From Methanothrix sp. (GTDB lineage Archaea > Halobacteriota > Methanosarcinia > Methanotrichales > Methanotrichaceae), in the NCBI GenBank assembly GCA_963682135.1, contig OY821645.1:2560001-2624000 (forward strand): a stretch of 64,000 nt of DNA, read 5' to 3'. A program made the position numbers and the translations under genes. Position 1 is the stretch's first letter. Every line of letters begins with the position of its first letter. Positions 46,867 to 56,980 of the stretch are shown here, piece after piece. The notes beneath the pieces are model-generated. The model was not told the DNA's origin. It made no database searches and saw only the letters and a program-made list of their open reading frames with translations.

Positions 46867-48756
46867 ATGAAGATGGTCTTTGCACTTGTTGTTACTGTTT
46901 TGCTATTGGCTCTATCCGTCCATGCAGCCGACAGACTGGAAATAAGAGGCGAAGTTGCCGGTACAATGAATGGTGTTAGCAATCTTGTAGATGACAGCTA
47001 TACCTGGAATCCACAAAATTTTCCTGGTTTTTATTATGATCCAAAGAAAGATATAGGCACGGAGCGACTCACGGTATCCATCACCGATGGTAACGATCTC
47101 AGCGGGGACTCGCCCTACGGCATCGTTTATGCGACGACCGCTATCCAGAGTGCATTCAAGCTGAGCGAATTTGGCTACTACAATGTCATCGGATTCATGG
47201 GAGAGAGGTACTTTGCGGGCTACATCAATGACTCTAGTCTTCCTGTGTATGAGCAAATCCCATTAATGAAGTCCACCGATCCCAGCTCTCTGGAGAAGGG
47301 TCAATTGCAAAAGATCCTCATGGATGAGAATTCAGAGATCGTAGTAACACAAGATAAGCCACTTCAGCTTCAAGAGGGGTATCAGCTCAGCTTTAAGACC
47401 ATCGACAACAGATCTCATCGGGTTGATCTGGAGCTGCAAAGAGACGGCGTCGTGGTTGATGCCAGGTCTGCTTACCCCAGCAAGGATGATGCAACTCTTG
47501 CTGACAAGACCTACTGCTACAAGAAGGATCTTGGCGCCCAGAAAGGATTGGTCACCATAGCTGTGTATATAAAAAATTCGTACAACGATACAGAGACGGC
47601 GGCCATTACGGTTAACGGAATATGGCAAATATCGCAAGAGTCCACTGCCGTCAATTTGGACGCCAAGTTCGGCAAAATGTCTGTTGCCGAAGTTGACGGA
47701 AAAGCGGGAACCATCTCCTTGAATAATGCAGGCCAGAGCATAACTCTGCAAAGAAATAGCGATGTGCCTCTCATGGGAGATATGCATCTCAAGACCGCAG
47801 ACAGTGACACCTTGAGGTTCTATATTTACCGGGAGACTGCGCAGCCCGGTACTTATGATATACGAGGGGCTATCGCCGGGTCTACGGGCAAGACTGACAA
47901 TTTGGTGGACGGCTCCTTTACCTGGAATCCGCAGAACTTTGCCGGCTTTTATTATGATCTCGACAGGGATCTGGGCACTGAGACCTTGACCACAACTTTG
48001 ACGGAAGGCAGCAGGCTGAGCGGCGACTATCCCAATGGCATCGAATACCAGACCACTGCTCAGCTGGCAGATTTTCCATTCCAGGACTGGGGAAAATACA
48101 GGATAATCGGCTTTATGGCAGAGCCCTACTTTGCCGGATATTACCCGACAGATGACAGTGGGCCGGATCTGCTCTATCGAGTATCCATGGATGAAAATTC
48201 TCTCGCCAGCGAGCAGCTCGAGAAGATCTTGCGAGATGAGAGCGAAAAGACAGTGCTTGCCAAAGGAGACTACCTGGATCTGGAGGAGGGCTACAGGCTT
48301 CTGCTGAAGGGAATTGATGAGAACGGCAAGGCGTACATCGAGCTTTCCAAAGATGGAGAGACTGTGAACTCCAAGATTATTGCACCTGGCCACGAATACG
48401 CCACCATCGCCGACAAGACCTACTCCTACCGGACAAATGTGGGGGCGCAGAATGGATTGGTGACGATTGCGGTACACTTCAAAGATGCTGTCAACGACGG
48501 CAGAAAGTCCGAGGCCATAGTTGATGGAATCTGGCAGATATCCGAAGATCCGGTCTTGGTTGCTCCAGATATGTCATTCGGCAAGATGCTCGTCAGGTCC
48601 ATTGACGCCAATAGCGGCGTCATCACGATGGACAATAAAGATAATGCTATGACTCTCAGCAGGAACCGGGATGTTTCACTGTTTCCGGAAATCGGCCTGA
48701 GGACCGCAGACAACGACAGCTTGAGATTCTTCATCTACAAGCAGGAGAGCATCTGA
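46867..48756 (+). CDS. S-layer protein with two DUF1608-type domains
   Basis: Duplicated WNPQNF.GFYYD...GTE.L, IGFM.E.YFAGY, LQEGY.L and GIWQIS...FGKM, with a signal peptide. Confidence 0.88.
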   Translation: MKMVFALVVTVLLLALSVHAADRLEIRGEVAGTMNGVSNLVDDSYTWNPQNFPGFYYDPKKDIGTERLTVSITDGNDLSGDSPYGIVYATTAIQSAFKLSEFGYYNVIGFMGERYFAGYINDSSLPVYEQIPLMKSTDPSSLEKGQLQKILMDENSEIVVTQDKPLQLQEGYQLSFKTIDNRSHRVDLELQRDGVVVDARSAYPSKDDATLADKTYCYKKDLGAQKGLVTIAVYIKNSYNDTETAAITVNGIWQISQESTAVNLDAKFGKMSVAEVDGKAGTISLNNAGQSITLQRNSDVPLMGDMHLKTADSDTLRFYIYRETAQPGTYDIRGAIAGSTGKTDNLVDGSFTWNPQNFAGFYYDLDRDLGTETLTTTLTEGSRLSGDYPNGIEYQTTAQLADFPFQDWGKYRIIGFMAEPYFAGYYPTDDSGPDLLYRVSMDENSLASEQLEKILRDESEKTVLAKGDYLDLEEGYRLLLKGIDENGKAYIELSKDGETVNSKIIAPGHEYATIADKTYSYRTNVGAQNGLVTIAVHFKDAVNDGRKSEAIVDGIWQISEDPVLVAPDMSFGKMLVRSIDANSGVITMDNKDNAMTLSRNRDVSLFPEIGLRTADNDSLRFFIYKQESI

Positions 48757-48809
48757 GGGGCCAACAAATAGATGTGGTGCCGGATGGAAATGTGTGGCTC
48801 GGAAGGCTT

Positions 48810-49017
48810 CAAGAGATCGGGATTCAGCTCCGCCAGGAACTCGTCCCAGAGCTTTTCGTTCTTATGTATGTATTCCTCCATCATCTCCCTGCACTCTTCT
48901 GTTTCGGCCCCGTCCTATGATCTTGCCGTTCTCGACCAAAACTGCGCCCATAGGAACTCCGCCTTCCCTAAGTCCATCAAGCGCTTCATCTATTGCCGCT
49001 TGCATGAATATGTCCAT
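48810..49017 (-). pseudogene. Cytosine/nucleoside deaminase pseudogene with internal deletion
   Basis: MDIFMQAAIDEALDGLREGGVPMGAVLVENGKIIGRGRNRRVQ is joined out of frame to EECREMMEEYIHKNEKLWDE. The HxE and PCxxC core is missing. Confidence 0.8.
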
Positions 49018-49149
49018 AGGAGATCAATCAATCATTATTTTCTATCTTAATCAAATATCTATCGAAATCATGCGCATCCAAGCAAGAGATGCCCATAGTT
49101 TTAACTTCCCCGGCAGCGCCAGTGGTGGCCAATGCTCACTGCCGAGGAG

Positions 49150-51096
49150 ATGAATAAGGCACGAAAGATCCTGTCGCTGCCAGGTTTTATCGCAGGCATA
49201 GCTGCTATCGCTCTTGGCTGCATATTTCTCCTCTTTGCATTGCCGTCATTGGGCCGACCGGGAGAGCTGGATTATGTCTTCTCTCAGGCCGCTGGCGGCT
49301 TTCTCATCATTCTGCTGGGGCTGGATGGCATCCTGGCCGCAGCCCTGGCCTGGCAAAGTAGCAGAGCAAAGCAAACACTGCTTCTCCTGTGCGGCCTGTA
49401 TGCCCTCACCATCTTTGCAGTCTTGGCGTATTATCGTGAATGGAATGCCTGCATAGTAATCTTAGTAATATCTGCCATAACGGGGGCGGCTTTGCGCCGC
49501 TGCCCTGGGCATGCAGCTTCCTATCTTCTTCTCTTTGCCGGACTATTCGGATTTCCTCTCACCCAGGCGGCCATAACCCTGCTGCCTTACGGTTGGAAGG
49601 CCTGGTCAGTCTCGGGACCTCTCTTTTTCTTCAGCGGTCTGGCTCTTTCGTTTTCAGGAGATTTCAGTCGTTTGCCTCTGCTCTCCGGCAAGGGCAGCCG
49701 AAGGTGGGGCTATTTAGCTTATGCTCTGGGGAGCCTGGCATTGATCGCCCTGGCTATAAGCGTCCTGGCTTACCTTCCCGGTCCGGCCGGTCCCGGAGAA
49801 GTCAGCACGGCTGCCAAATTTGAGCCGAGCTTAAACGGCACGGATGGGCAGGCGGAGCGGAAGGATTGCGGCTGTAGCCGCAGATCTCTGCAAGACCGGC
49901 AAGATCTGATTTCAAAGAATGTTGGCATCCCGGAGGAGAGTGCAGATGACATTGCGGATGACAATGTTGATGAGATGCCGGATGGCAGGCTCAGGGCAAA
50001 AATTATCTCACCTGGTGATGTGCGCACCTTTCCGCAAGGAGAGAGTGTGCTCTTTTCCGCCGGCGCTTGCGGCAAAGGGCCGCTCGGCTATTTGTGGGGA
50101 TCCAGCAGGGATGGCATCATCGGCAGGAATGAATCGTTTCAGATGAGGAACCTCAGCCTGGGATGGCATAATATCTCCCTTACGGTTACCAATTCCACCG
50201 GCTCTTCAGACCTAGCCTATGTGGAAATCGGTATAGCAAAGCCCTGGGTTTGCAGCAAGGTCAATCCCAGGCCAAAGTATTATCCCTTGGATACACCCTG
50301 TCAAGACATCTGGCCCAATGCGCCGGAGAAGTGCCAGCAGATGGAGGTCTGCCATCCTGACCTGGACTGGATTGTGGATGAGGCCATCAATGCCTGTAGC
50401 AGCGAAAGCGGGGATCGAAAAAAGTGCCGAGGACTGTATATCATAAACTCCTTTGGACCACAGGCCCGCTATATGCGAGGGTACGCGGTCTTCAAGGCCT
50501 GCTGTTCCGGGTATCCGGAATGCACACGCATGTGCGATCCGAGCATCGTCGGGACCTGCTCTTTTAGAGATGGATTCAATGAGAAAGTAGCCAACCTCTC
50601 TTGCCGGCCTGAGGAGTGGGGCGTCTCAGCCTGGCGATCAGATAACAACATGAGCGAGAATAGCGCTGTGATGGGCATGTTTCCCACCCACGCCACGGTC
50701 AACATCTTGCAGACGGGCGTATGCATCGATTATGCGGCGGCACTTACCACAATGCTGCGAAAAGCGGGCTATAACCAGAGCGAGGTCTTCAGCACTTCCA
50801 GCACGGGATATGAGCTGCCTTTGGTAGGAGATCATCCCGGTCATGCCTATAATCTGGTGCTCCTGCCGGGAGACACAAAGTACCACATTGTGGACACCAC
50901 CGGCAATGGCGACGGCATCAATCTGGGTGGCGTTCCGGGCTACTTCCGCTTCACAGGCTGCTTTTTGGGAATGCCGTCGCAGATTCGGGTAATGGATTGG
51001 TGGGTGGGCTACTGCAGCAAGATCTCAGCCCAGAGCTACAATGATGCCGGTGAGGCAAGGACGCCGGAAAAAGGGAAGATCTTCGGGTGCGCTTGA
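49150..51096 (+). CDS. Multi-TM membrane protein with PKD-like and Cys-rich transglutaminase-like domain
   Basis: About 6-7 N-terminal TM helices, LSLGWHNISLTVT (PKD-like), and triad GVCIDYA / GHAYN / IVD. Confidence 0.75.
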   Translation: MNKARKILSLPGFIAGIAAIALGCIFLLFALPSLGRPGELDYVFSQAAGGFLIILLGLDGILAAALAWQSSRAKQTLLLLCGLYALTIFAVLAYYREWNACIVILVISAITGAALRRCPGHAASYLLLFAGLFGFPLTQAAITLLPYGWKAWSVSGPLFFFSGLALSFSGDFSRLPLLSGKGSRRWGYLAYALGSLALIALAISVLAYLPGPAGPGEVSTAAKFEPSLNGTDGQAERKDCGCSRRSLQDRQDLISKNVGIPEESADDIADDNVDEMPDGRLRAKIISPGDVRTFPQGESVLFSAGACGKGPLGYLWGSSRDGIIGRNESFQMRNLSLGWHNISLTVTNSTGSSDLAYVEIGIAKPWVCSKVNPRPKYYPLDTPCQDIWPNAPEKCQQMEVCHPDLDWIVDEAINACSSESGDRKKCRGLYIINSFGPQARYMRGYAVFKACCSGYPECTRMCDPSIVGTCSFRDGFNEKVANLSCRPEEWGVSAWRSDNNMSENSAVMGMFPTHATVNILQTGVCIDYAAALTTMLRKAGYNQSEVFSTSSTGYELPLVGDHPGHAYNLVLLPGDTKYHIVDTTGNGDGINLGGVPGYFRFTGCFLGMPSQIRVMDWWVGYCSKISAQSYNDAGEARTPEKGKIFGCA

Positions 51097-51709
51097 ATGA
51101 GCTTTCCAATTTCATTATGCTCACTTCGAAGGAAAGTTCCGATTGACCGAAACTTAGATATACAAAAAAGGATATAATATTAAGATTCATAGGTCAGTCT
51201 CCTTAGAAGGTGAGTTTCTGGCTGAGACGATAGATCTTACAGATGAGTTTGACACAAACTCTGCCTGCCTTTAGCAACTCATTGCCTGGTAACGTAACAA
51301 AGGATCTCGTTACAGCTATCAAGATATCCCTATTGATCTGCTTCGTTCATGTACCCTTGGCAGGCATCTCTTGAAAGCGCCTGTGGTGAATAGCATATGC
51401 TCACACATGGAGGTGAGCAACAAGATGAAGCAGAATCTAAATGATATAAGGGAACGTATTGCCGCAGCAAGAATCGGCGAGTGGCAAAATAGCCTGGCAG
51501 ATCGTTGGCGCTATTGCTTCTTGGATGATCTCGCCAAGACCTGTGATGCACTATGCCCAATTATCAGTAATGCCCCATGAGGTTAACACTCATTCATACG
51601 GACTCGCAGAGCAGGATAATGGGTGGGCGCTTTTGGCTTGGTAGGTCTGGCTTGATCATACGGGCATTTTGGCCGGGGATGGGGGGGCGAATTGCCCGGC
51701 CAATAGCCC

Positions 51710-52174
51710 TCAGGCCGGAACAGGTGTCGCCATAGATTGATGCATACTCTTTTCCATGGTTGCATCGAGAGCTATGCGCATCTCCTCCTTTTGTGCCTCC
51801 TCAAAGCTGCCGTTCTCCAGGAGGTCCTCCATCATGCCGCTGATGATATCATCCATGACTTCCATCTTAAAGTAAAGTCGCTGCCTTTGTGCGTAGTAAT
51901 AATTTATCTGCAGCTGCAGAACGGGATTCGCGGTAGCTTGCTCGTTATTGCTGAGGCTGGCCAGTTCGTCATCCGTCTTTTTGGCTTTATCCTTGATCTT
52001 GTTGTAAAGGTCAAACCAGGTGAGAATCGCAGAGGAGTCCAGCTTGGAGAGCTTGGGCATCATGCGCCCAAATCTCTGGGATAGCTTGATCAGGTCCTCA
52101 TTGGCAGAGCGAATGACATCCTGATGGCGGGCAATATCGGATCCGTATTTTGTGAATTCTGGGTTCTTAGACAT
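51710..52174 (-). CDS. Hypothetical helical protein
   Basis: 154-aa ORF with AGGTGA SD and coiled-coil character. Confidence 0.7.
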   Translation of the reverse strand: MSKNPEFTKYGSDIARHQDVIRSANEDLIKLSQRFGRMMPKLSKLDSSAILTWFDLYNKIKDKAKKTDDELASLSNNEQATANPVLQLQINYYYAQRQRLYFKMEVMDDIISGMMEDLLENGSFEEAQKEEMRIALDATMEKSMHQSMATPVPA

Positions 52175-52334
52175 CTATATCACCTGACGCAAAATTATAG
52201 CGAAGCTGTCATTATGGGATAGAATAACATAGGCATGTAGCAGATAATAAGGACAAGCCGTGCGGGGCGAAAGTGATTGTATTGAGTGAGAATTTGCTGG
52301 CATACGATATAGGGATATCATTTGGGGATACGAT

Positions 52335-52970
52335 ATGACCTGCCGCAGTGAAAAAATCGGCCAGGTGCGCCGTCTCTGCCATCAGCTCTGCTTCGCCTCC
52401 TGCGTGGAAGAGAAGCGGCAGGGCTGTCATGTTGAGCTTTTGCGCCTGCGGCCTCACTGGTCCGTCTTGAAGAGAGAGGAGCAGATGGCCAGTATAGACC
52501 GGGGTGAGAAGGTTCCCTTCGACGTTTCCCTGCCCCTGCCTGCCCGAGACGAGCGAGAGGGCTCAGACAAAGGGGTCGGGCTCTTTTGGGAGCGTTTTAT
52601 GTGCCAGCAGTGCGGCAGGTGCTGCTTTACACCAGGAGCCGGCCTGTACCTGGAAAAAGAGGATTTTGAGAGAATAGCAGAGCGAGTGGGAAAGAAGAAG
52701 CTAAAGCCCCTCTGCCGGTACGACAAAACCCTCCATGCCTGGGTGCTCAGACAGCCCTGTCCGTTTTACGATAAGGACAAAAGGGGCTGCACCATCTACG
52801 ATATCAGGCCGCTTACCTGCACCAAATACCCGCTTCATCCGCCACTGCCGCAGATGCCCTACAACCTGGCCGTAGATGCCTTCTGTCCGGCGGCGCGCCT
52901 CCTGGCCAAGGAGACCCTGGGCTGGTGGATCATCTGCGAGAACCACTGGGCGGCACTACTTCACAAGTAG
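52335..52970 (+). CDS. YkgJ-family Cys-cluster (CxxCxxCC) protein
   Basis: CQQCGRCC, PCPF and CTIYDIRPLTC..YP. Confidence 0.85.
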   Translation: MTCRSEKIGQVRRLCHQLCFASCVEEKRQGCHVELLRLRPHWSVLKREEQMASIDRGEKVPFDVSLPLPARDEREGSDKGVGLFWERFMCQQCGRCCFTPGAGLYLEKEDFERIAERVGKKKLKPLCRYDKTLHAWVLRQPCPFYDKDKRGCTIYDIRPLTCTKYPLHPPLPQMPYNLAVDAFCPAARLLAKETLGWWIICENHWAALLHK

Positions 52971-52979
52971 GATCGCAAT

Positions 52980-53768
52980 TCAGAGCTGAAGGAGAAGGCA
53001 TTCTTTTAGCCATTTTATTCGATCGGACCGCCCCACTTCATTGAGAGTATAATGGTCCGCATCATACCATCTAATGGACTTGGGCTCGCTTGCTGCGCTG
53101 TAATAATCCAGGAATTTCTGCCTGGGAAAAAAGGCATCACGAAGCCCGAACTGAAAGAATAGAGCCGTAGGTGCAGCATTCTTTATATGGCGTATGGGGT
53201 CGATGGGCTCCATGATCGTTTTATATCTTTCCAACTCGCTCCCGGCAAGGGATGGCATGTTCAGTTGGGCTACATCGGTGAAGCTTCCCACGCCTGCCAT
53301 CAGCACGCAGGCTTTTATCCTCTTGTCCATTTCCGATAGCATGCCTCCAAAGAGAGCGCCCATGCTATGGCCGACATATGCTATGCGACTTCTGTCCACA
53401 TAAGGCTGCGAAGAGATCAGATCAACGGCGCGCTGCAAATCTCCGGCAATCTCCATGAACCAGTCGCGTACGTCTTCCGGCAGTCCGCTGGCTCTCTTGC
53501 CAAATTCTTCTCCGTTGGCCCAGGGCGCATCAATTAGCAGGCAGATGGCATTGGCTCTTGCCAGAGTTATCGCCTCATCCAAAAAGGAAGATCTGTTTCC
53601 CGGGCCGGGATGAACGAAGATGATTCCCGGAAATGGGCCTTCTCCAGCCGGTACAACCAGGTAAGCTCTGATTCTTCCTTCTCTTAGGCCGGCATAGCTG
53701 ATATCGTGCACAGAGATGCCGCTGTGATATTTTATGCCCTCTTCTTGGCAGGAAAGTATCTCTTTCAT
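52980..53768 (-). CDS. Alpha/beta hydrolase
   Basis: Nucleophile elbow GHSMG, downstream Asp and YDADH His. Confidence 0.85.
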   Translation of the reverse strand: MKEILSCQEEGIKYHSGISVHDISYAGLREGRIRAYLVVPAGEGPFPGIIFVHPGPGNRSSFLDEAITLARANAICLLIDAPWANGEEFGKRASGLPEDVRDWFMEIAGDLQRAVDLISSQPYVDRSRIAYVGHSMGALFGGMLSEMDKRIKACVLMAGVGSFTDVAQLNMPSLAGSELERYKTIMEPIDPIRHIKNAAPTALFFQFGLRDAFFPRQKFLDYYSAASEPKSIRWYDADHYTLNEVGRSDRIKWLKECLLLQL

Positions 53769-54445
53769 TGGAACATGCCTTTCTTGTTCATGTAGTCTAT
53801 AATCTCTGCAAAGCCGTTACCGTATTCTGCCTGGGACACGTAATCGGAGATCCTCTTCAGTTCAGGGCCGGAGTTGCCCACAGAGGCGCTAAAGCCGGCC
53901 AGCCGGTACATGGGCAGGTCGCTGTTGCTGTCGCCGATCGCGGCAAACTCGGACAGATCGATTTGCATGCGACTGGCAATGCGGACCAGACCCGTGCCCT
54001 TGTCAACCCGCTTGTCTTTGATGTGCACGGCATATGTGGTGTCAATGATCTCCACAGGCAACCCCAGCTCCTGGGCGCGCCTGTCTGCAGCTTTTGCATC
54101 GAAGGTGCGTTGCAGGGCGATGTCGGTAAATCTGTAGCGTGAGGAGTTGTATTTTTGCAAGGGGAATTCTGCGGCCAGCTTTTGGAAGGCATCCTCACAA
54201 ACCTTAATGTCCGCCAGGATCTCCATCTCCTCTTCCGAGTAGGACAGCACGCCACCATTTTCAGCTATGAAGATGCGAGGCGTGCCCAGGAGAACGGAAA
54301 CCGTTCTGGTAAAGCAGTGGGTATTGCCCGTGCTCAGCACTACGGGCACCTTTAGCCTACGCAGTGCCCGCAGGGCGGCAGGGCATAGCACCCGGTTTTG
54401 GTCGCTCAGGGTGCCGTCGATATCCACAACCAGGGCGCGGATCAT
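53765..54445 (-). CDS. Archaeal phosphoglycolate phosphatase (HAD IIB)
   Basis: DIDGTL, STGN, AENGG, DKGTG and GDSNSD. Confidence 0.9.
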   Translation of the reverse strand: MIRALVVDIDGTLSDQNRVLCPAALRALRRLKVPVVLSTGNTHCFTRTVSVLLGTPRIFIAENGGVLSYSEEEMEILADIKVCEDAFQKLAAEFPLQKYNSSRYRFTDIALQRTFDAKAADRRAQELGLPVEIIDTTYAVHIKDKRVDKGTGLVRIASRMQIDLSEFAAIGDSNSDLPMYRLAGFSASVGNSGPELKRISDYVSQAEYGNGFAEIIDYMNKKGMFQ

Positions 54446-54726
54446 TGCCATTGCCCCAGTTTTCCCGTTCCTTGAGAAATCGCTCTGCACTCTGCTCTTC
54501 CTGTTGCCATCATCTCTGCCCTTTCTTCTGCTTTCTCTTTCCAGTGGATGAAATTGAGTGTAAAGTCTGACGCCTCCAAATTATGATCATAGCCATTTTG
54601 GCACTAAAAAAAGGTTTCGTCAACTAGAAAATGAATAGGCGGCCTATGGAGCGGCGGTTGTCAGTCCGAAAAAAAGTTAAATCATTAACCTCTTATTAAA
54701 TATTAATCAATCTGGAGTTGGTAAAT

Positions 54727-56316
54727 ATGAAGAATAAACGAGTTTTCCCAATGTTACTATTATCTTTCTTGCTTCTCATTCTTTCAAGTACGGGCGTTCT
54801 TGCTGCGCCTGCGCAAGATATCAAGGACCAGGCAACTGCTCTAACCGATAGCGGGGGGGACTTCCGAGCCGTAACCTATCCCTGCTATTTTGAGGGAATT
54901 GTGCGGGACGCGACGACAGGGGCGCCTATCAAAGAGGCCAGCGTGACCTTCGTCAAGGAGGACAAGAGCAAATCCTGGACTGCCACTACCTCCGATAGCG
55001 GGCGCTACCGTCGGGAGCTGCCTGAAGGCAGGTACAACTACATTGCTACCCACTGCGATTATATCATGCAATCCAGCGCTTCTCCGGTAGAGGTAAAAGC
55101 TCCCTACACCAAGAGAGTGCGAGGCGCAGGTGGCATTGTCCGGGAGGTAACCATCACGAGCGAGAGGTCCAGGGTTGTGGATATTAATATGAACGCCCGG
55201 CCCACAACCGTCTTGCTTGTTACTACATCTCTACTGAGCAGGACGGCAGAACTTGATGAGGCCGTCTCTCGCTATACTGAAGTCATCAGCCGCAAGGATG
55301 GGCTTTCCGCTAGCTACGTTGTGCTCGATTCTGAGGATTGCCGGGCCGCTTACGGGGTGCGGCTGAGTGATCCTGCCAGTTGGGAGGAGATCAGAGGAGT
55401 GCTGCAGGCCATCACCGATCAGACCGGGCCGTGCTACATCATTCTCCTGGGTGGCCCGTTTGTGCTGCCCGTACCCCAGGTGGTCACCATTGGCGGCAGC
55501 CCCTGGTATCTGCCGGCTGACGGCTGGTACATCGATTTTGACGAAAACGGCGTGGTGGACGAAGGATTTGCCATAAGCCGCATGCCGGATGTTTCCGCCG
55601 GCTCTTCCGCCGTGGCTGCAGCCATGGAGAGCGCCAGCGATCTTCACGAGGCGGGGGGCTTTGGCATGATTCCTGAGATGCTTCTCTCCACGCGGTGCTG
55701 GGCGGCTCCGCCTGCGGGCCTGGGCGACGCCTGCCGGGATGATGCGCCCACCTGCGGGCAGTGTTACGCCACTCCGCCTTACGGGGTGTGCGATGAATGC
55801 GACCGCCGTGCGCAGATGTTTGATTTGATGTCTTCCAGCGACTACATCTTCATCATGGGGCACGGCAGCCCGGTTTCCTTCTCGACCAATGAGCACATCC
55901 CCATATTCAATCTGGAGAATGTGGCAAACGTAGATCTGAGCCATCATCCTCTCATCTCCGGCTGGGTCTCCTGCAACACCGGCCAGCTCTACAGCGACCG
56001 CCCCTCCTTTGCTACGGAGTTTCTCGGAAGCGGGGCGGCAGCCTTCCTGGCCCGCACCACCGATCAGGGAACGCCAGGCCTTTTCGCAGAGAAGTTCGAG
56101 CCCTACATCAAGGGCGAGAGCCCCTCGGGCCGCTATCGGCTGGGTGACGCCCTGAGCGATCTGATGAGAGAGGTCGTTCTCAGGAAAGGGGATAGTGAGA
56201 GGAGAATCACCATGCAGCTATGCATGTTTGGAGATCCCACACTCAAGAGAGTGCAGCTTGAGCTGCCTGCCACGGGGATGATGGCTACGGCCACTACTTT
56301 TTCCAGGGGGAGTTGA
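54727..56316 (+). CDS. Secreted C25 (gingipain-like) cysteine peptidase with carboxypeptidase-regulatory-like domain
   Basis: Signal peptide, GIVRDATTGAPI..A.V, YIILLGG, ADGWY, ISRMP, GHG, SCNTG and FGDP. Confidence 0.8.
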   Translation: MKNKRVFPMLLLSFLLLILSSTGVLAAPAQDIKDQATALTDSGGDFRAVTYPCYFEGIVRDATTGAPIKEASVTFVKEDKSKSWTATTSDSGRYRRELPEGRYNYIATHCDYIMQSSASPVEVKAPYTKRVRGAGGIVREVTITSERSRVVDINMNARPTTVLLVTTSLLSRTAELDEAVSRYTEVISRKDGLSASYVVLDSEDCRAAYGVRLSDPASWEEIRGVLQAITDQTGPCYIILLGGPFVLPVPQVVTIGGSPWYLPADGWYIDFDENGVVDEGFAISRMPDVSAGSSAVAAAMESASDLHEAGGFGMIPEMLLSTRCWAAPPAGLGDACRDDAPTCGQCYATPPYGVCDECDRRAQMFDLMSSSDYIFIMGHGSPVSFSTNEHIPIFNLENVANVDLSHHPLISGWVSCNTGQLYSDRPSFATEFLGSGAAAFLARTTDQGTPGLFAEKFEPYIKGESPSGRYRLGDALSDLMREVVLRKGDSERRITMQLCMFGDPTLKRVQLELPATGMMATATTFSRGS

Positions 56317-56318
56317 GA

Positions 56319-56615
56319 ATGCTGATGGGAAAGAAAGCCAAGCCGGCATCGCCTGAGGAGATGGCAGCTGTTCATCACGCTCTGGAGAGCCCCATTCGCA
56401 GGAATATGATCATCCTCATGAACCGGGGGGTTTTGAGCGTGCCGGAGATTGCGGCGGCTGTGGGCGAGAAGATGCTCGACTACCACCTGCACCGCCTGGA
56501 GCTGGCCGGGCTGATTGAGCTGGAGGAGGGAAGAATTGTGCTCACCGAGGCGGGGGTGGCCTACGGCGGGCTGGTGAGGGAGCAGAAGGAGAAGGGAGGG
56601 GCGGATAAGACGTGA
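56319..56615 (+). CDS. ArsR-like winged-helix protein
   Basis: ALESPIRRNMI and LDYHLHRLELAGLI. Confidence 0.8.
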   Translation: MLMGKKAKPASPEEMAAVHHALESPIRRNMIILMNRGVLSVPEIAAAVGEKMLDYHLHRLELAGLIELEEGRIVLTEAGVAYGGLVREQKEKGGADKT

Positions 56616-56744
56616 AATATAGAGCGAAAATAGGCGCACGTTTGAGGGGTCATAATATTATTTTGCTGCACTTATTAGTACTTTCTGGCCTAATCGAAGA
56701 TCTGATTGCAGGAGGATTATGTGGCCTTTGCGAACGGTGGGCCA

Positions 56745-56809
56745 TTTTTCGCGTCTTCGCGTGAGATTCAACAGGGTCCGTTTTCGCGCGAAGGCGCGAA
56801 GCCGCGAAG
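56745..56809. repeat. REP-like CGCGAAG repeat pair (left copies)
   Basis: TTCGCGTCTTCGCGTGAGA and the inverted TTTTCGCGCGAAGGCGCGAAGCCGCGAAG. Confidence 0.7.
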
Positions 56810-56980
56810 TTTGGACATTTGCTTGTTTCATCCTAGATGTACTGGCAAATCTTAAATTCTAGACAACCGTTTCTGTTGCCTAATGATTTGAAAAATCTAA
56901 GACAAAACTATAACATTATTAATATTGGATAATATATTGAATATGACGCGAATTAACGCTTAACACTGCGTGAGGAATAA

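Noticed and set aside
51100-51700. Small ORFs such as 51371-51580
   Set aside because: A GGAGGTGA SD precedes a possible 51-aa ORF, but there is no recognisable family or other support, so I did not call it.
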